A stretch of DNA of 64,000 bases, taken from Lama guanicoe. Its lineage: Eukaryota. Positions within the stretch are counted from its first letter, which is position 1. Every line of letters starts with the position of its first letter. The notes under the pieces were generated by a model. That model was not told the DNA's origin and did no database searches. It saw nothing but the letters and a program-made list of their open reading frames with translations. Positions 60,440 through 64,000 of the stretch are shown one piece after another. The position numbers and the translations under genes are program-made. The DNA lies in contig MU054096.1 of assembly GCA_013239625.1 (NCBI GenBank), positions 533,098-597,097 on the forward strand. Direction: 5' to 3'.

Positions 60440-62385
60440 TGTATATGCCTGTGGCCGGAGGCGACGAGGCGGGATCGGCATGGAAGTGAAGGATGCCAGT
60501 TCTGCGCTGCTCAGTTAACTACGAGATATTAAAACATGTATCAAAAACCCCATGCAGGCATCTGCCCTGAGCTTGTCAGAGACCTTCTCACGTCAGTGGA
60601 AAGCCACAAGTTGACCAAAGCCGAAAATCTTAAGCTGCTCCATCTCAGGGTCCCTCTGACGGTGGAGGAGAGTGAAGGACAGCGGGCAGAGGAGCAGGTG
60701 GAAGCTCTGCTCCAGACCGTCACAAGCCTCCTCCCTGCGGGCCCAGAGGCTGAGCGGAAAACAGCCGTGATGCGACTGTGGACGAAGAGGACCCAGCGTA
60801 GACCCACACAGCTGGCCCAGGCGTCCTCTGAAGGTGAAAGGCCCAGCAACCATTTCCCAGACATTCAGGGGATTGTCTGTTTGGTGTTTCCTTCTATTTC
60901 AACAGGCCTGATTTTGTGGTTAGTTGGGTAAACCACAGAAGTAAGTAAGCCCTTCTTAAAAATAAGCTACAAAGAAATCCTTGTGCCTCTGGGAGAAGAA
61001 ACATGTTGAAGACAGGCTGCGGTTGTCAGGGCAGAGAGCTAACAAGAGGACAGCACGGAAGAGGACCGTGACTGTGGAACCCTCTCTGGTAAAGACATTT
61101 CTCCTATGGCCTTTGCCACAGTTGTGGGAAGGTCCCTGTACAAAGCTGGTAAAGTGCTTGTGTTGCCTTTGATGGGCTGCATCCTGATTAATTTCATCTG
61201 CTTCCCCCGGAACTACCCAAGCACGGGGAGGAGCCCTGCTGGGAGGAGAGCTGAGTTATGCGAATCCGGTGAGATGGCTAAAAACTCCCCAGGCAGCAAA
61301 TAGTTGCTCTGAGTTAAAATGAGACTCTAAACTTGGCTCACCTTAGAGGAATTTTTTCTTTGAAAACAGCAGAGACAAAAAAAGGAGGACCTGGCCAACC
61401 CTTCATCGGGTCTGAAGACCCCTTTCGTCTGCTGGCATGGGCTTTGTTAACCGGCTCACTAGTTGGTCGTAAAAGTTAGGGCGCTAGCTCACTTCCCCTG
61501 AAAAGAGGCGCTCCAGACTGGATGACGGTGGCAGCAGAAATACAGTGTCGCCTGCCTTTCTGACCAGTCACCTTCAGTTTCCTGCCCCGTGACAATACGC
61601 TGCCCGTTGAGGCCAGGTAAGCCTTATTTGCATAACGGGCAAATTGTTTGCATTTTTAAGGGCACAATTGTCTAGCGCTTTTCGTGGACACAGTATGAAG
61701 AGGTTAAGTAAGAATTTGAATTTGTTGGCTGTTGCAAGGCTGCATCAGTTTTTGAATTTAAAATAGTAGGATAATTACTGTGTGAAGAATTGTTAATATT
61801 CAGGCTTTGGAAAGTTTAATAGCCCCAGAGATGTGCTTGCTTTAGGTCCTAGGAATATTGTTAAGAAATTAATTTCCCACATTCACTTAGCTCCCTATTT
61901 GGGGAAGAAAATGCCCATAGACATTAATTTTATATATTGGTACTCGTTTTGTTGTAAGATTACTTATCTTCAGTGCTTCTGTTAATTGGATTACTCCCCA
62001 CCACTTACAATTCCCAGTTTGCTTGAGCCTTCCCACCACTCCAGCCATTCTGCAGTTATGTTGGTCTGAACCTCATCACCTAAGGGTCAGGTGAGATCTG
62101 CTTACAGGCAACGTTCAAATTAACAGCACATTTGTTTTTATTTTTAAATCTCTGTTGAGTATTAGGAATTTTACCAGGAGCTGTTTTGTCTAGGCATACA
62201 TGTGCTTTCATCGTTGTTTCATATTGACTGTGAGTGTGTTAGGTGCTTTTTCTTGATATATTTAGAGCTTAATTAGTTGATAATAAATTGTTCTTAGGTG
62301 AATACCAACTTGTGATATTTTATGAATCTTAGAAGAGTTTGTTTTGCCATGAATAGAAAGAAATAAAATGAAATCTGACTTAAAA
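60440..62385 (+). pseudogene. CRCP: Processed pseudogene of CRCP (Pol III subunit RPC9 / CGRP receptor component)
   Basis: CDS remnant 60480-60801 reads MEVKDASSALLS/NYE-ILKHVSKTPCRH/CPELVRDLLTSVESHKLTKAENLKLL...VEESE...EEQVEALLQTVTSLLPAGPEAE.../VDEEDPA*. This matches CRCP as recalled (MEVKDANSALLSNYE...SHKLTKAEKLQLL...MDEEDPA). It is intronless; a +1 T at 60516 creates TAA, and further frameshifts follow. The 3' extent is inferred from AATAAA at 62362-62367. Confidence 0.92.
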
Positions 62386-63299
62386 GCACGTGTGTGTGTA
62401 TATATATATATACATTTTTTTTCTTAAACTGAATCTGTTTAGATCTGAATTCTTTGTTGAATTTCAGGAAAATTTTAAGTTTCTGTATTTAAGACCAGAG
62501 TTTAGCCTTAGTTTCTGATTAAGCCGGGCAGGCTCTGGAAGACATAACCTTTGTAAGAACATAGTTTGTGTAATATTCCTGTCATGTTAATAATCAACAA
62601 GTCAGAAATAAGAAGTTGTAATTTACGTAAGAAATGTAACCGGGATCACATCTGGGAAGGAGAGCTGGAGAGTCTGGGAAACTTGCTTTTCATTTTATAT
62701 CCTTCTATGTGGTTTCAGTTTTTGACCACATGACTGTTTTAATCTTTAAAAAGAAAAGTATGTTTATTTGCCTGTTGTCTTTGGTCTCTGTGAAAGTTAT
62801 TAAATGTATAGTTGACAGTTAAATTATGTCCCAGACATGGAGGCTGACACCCATGGGAGTCACATCACTGAAGGAAGCTGATCTGTCACAAAGGTGCTAC
62901 TGAGCTCTTTAAAAATGAAATTGACTCCCAGTTAGAGGTTTACCCAAATAATATCCTTGCCTCTTTTTGCTTTAAAGTTACTGTATGACCCCCTACCACC
63001 TTGGAAGACTTCTTATTTATTCAGGGCTCATTTATAAAATAATGGGTATTATTACTATGAGCCATTGTCCTAATCACAATGATTGATCAATACCAGCTGT
63101 TCAGAACTTATACCCTAGTGAGAGATGAGTGAATTAATCGTCCAGTATAATCTTTGCTAAATCATTTTCTCCCCTGAAACCTTATTACCATTCAAATAAA
63201 TGGATCATTTCTCAGTAAACTATAAAACAGATCACATACCCTGAAAAGCATCATTAACCCTATTTAATTACACAATGAACAAAGAGGATAAAAGGAAGC

Positions 63300-64000
63300 A
63301 AAATTGCCCAGAAATCCTTGTACGTATTTAAAAAATTAAGATAATTCACATATCTTACACCATTGCTTAGTGGTTCTGAGTATAATCACAAGATTGTACA
63401 GTTATCACTAGTACCTAATTCTGGAATGGTTTCATCACCCTAAAAGAAGCCCCATATCCTTTAGCAGTCCCTCTCTATCCCCATTTCCCCATAGTCCCTG
63501 GCAACCACTGATCTACTTTCTACTTTTCTCTGGATTTTCCCATTGTGGGCATTTCATATAAATTAATTCATACAGTGTGTGGCCTTTTTTATCTGCCTTC
63601 TTTCACTTAGCATATTTTCAAGGGGAAAATATGTTGCACCATTCCTTTTTATGGCTGAGTAATATTCCATTGAATGGATATACCACATTTTGTTTATCCA
63701 TCCATCAGATGGTGGATATTTGAGTTGGGTCTACTCTTTGGCTGTTACAAATATGCTGCTGTGAACATTCATACATAAATTTTTTGTGACTGTTTTCCTT
63801 CCTTGCATATACTTTGGAATGGAATTCATGAGTCATGTGGTAACTCTGTGTTTAGCTTTTTGATGAACTACTGAAGTGTTTTCCATAGCACCCATACCGT
63901 TTCATGTTTCCACTAGCAGTGCAAGATGGAATCCAGTCTCTCACTTGCTACTGTCCCTCTTACTGATTTTAGCCATCCTAGTGGTTGTGAAGTACTATCT
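63300..64000 (-). mobile_element. L1MB-like 3' end, running off the window
   Basis: ccctggcaaccactgatctactttct...ccttttt atggctgagtaatattccattg...ttttagccatcctagtgg. Confidence 0.85.

Noticed and set aside
60097..60532. Repetitive Arg/Ala/Pro- and Val/Gln/Arg/Gly-rich ORFs
   Set aside because: By-product of a stop-free, GC-rich 21-bp tandem repeat that is open in several frames and on both strands.
60536..60931. 131-aa ORF with CRCP similarity as a functional retrogene
   Set aside because: It starts and ends out of frame with CRCP; the true ATG frame stops after 12 codons, and there are several indels.
1..64000. A novel multi-gene or prokaryote-type system
   Set aside because: No long ORFs, operon structure or arrays; the window is explained by mammalian interspersed repeats, one retrocopy and unique non-coding DNA.

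Overview
Mammalian, repeat-rich and essentially intergenic DNA. The organism is most likely a camelid, inferred from seven tRNA-Ala-derived SINEs resembling the camelid Vic-1 family and many young L1 3' ends. No intact protein-coding gene is recognisable. The only gene-derived sequence I can name is a disabled, intronless retrocopy of CRCP (RNA Pol III subunit RPC9 / CGRP receptor component) at about 60.4-62.4 kb. It lacks one internal coding segment and is preceded by a CpG-rich 21-bp minisatellite. The rest is a layered record of transposition: young L1 fragments with target-site duplications (three with 5' inversions), old L1M, L2, MIR, MaLR/ERVL/ERV1 solo LTRs, and Tigger/Charlie DNA-transposon relics. 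The best leads are (1) a speculative phase-consistent three-exon small ORF downstream of an RFX + GC-box motif, (2) two alternative 3' tails on the camelid L1 terminus, (3) a pre-miRNA-sized hairpin and a longer inverted repeat, and (4) a nested duplication over a splice acceptor. I see no solid evidence for a novel multi-gene system. Repeat family names are from recall of consensus sequences, not from a search.
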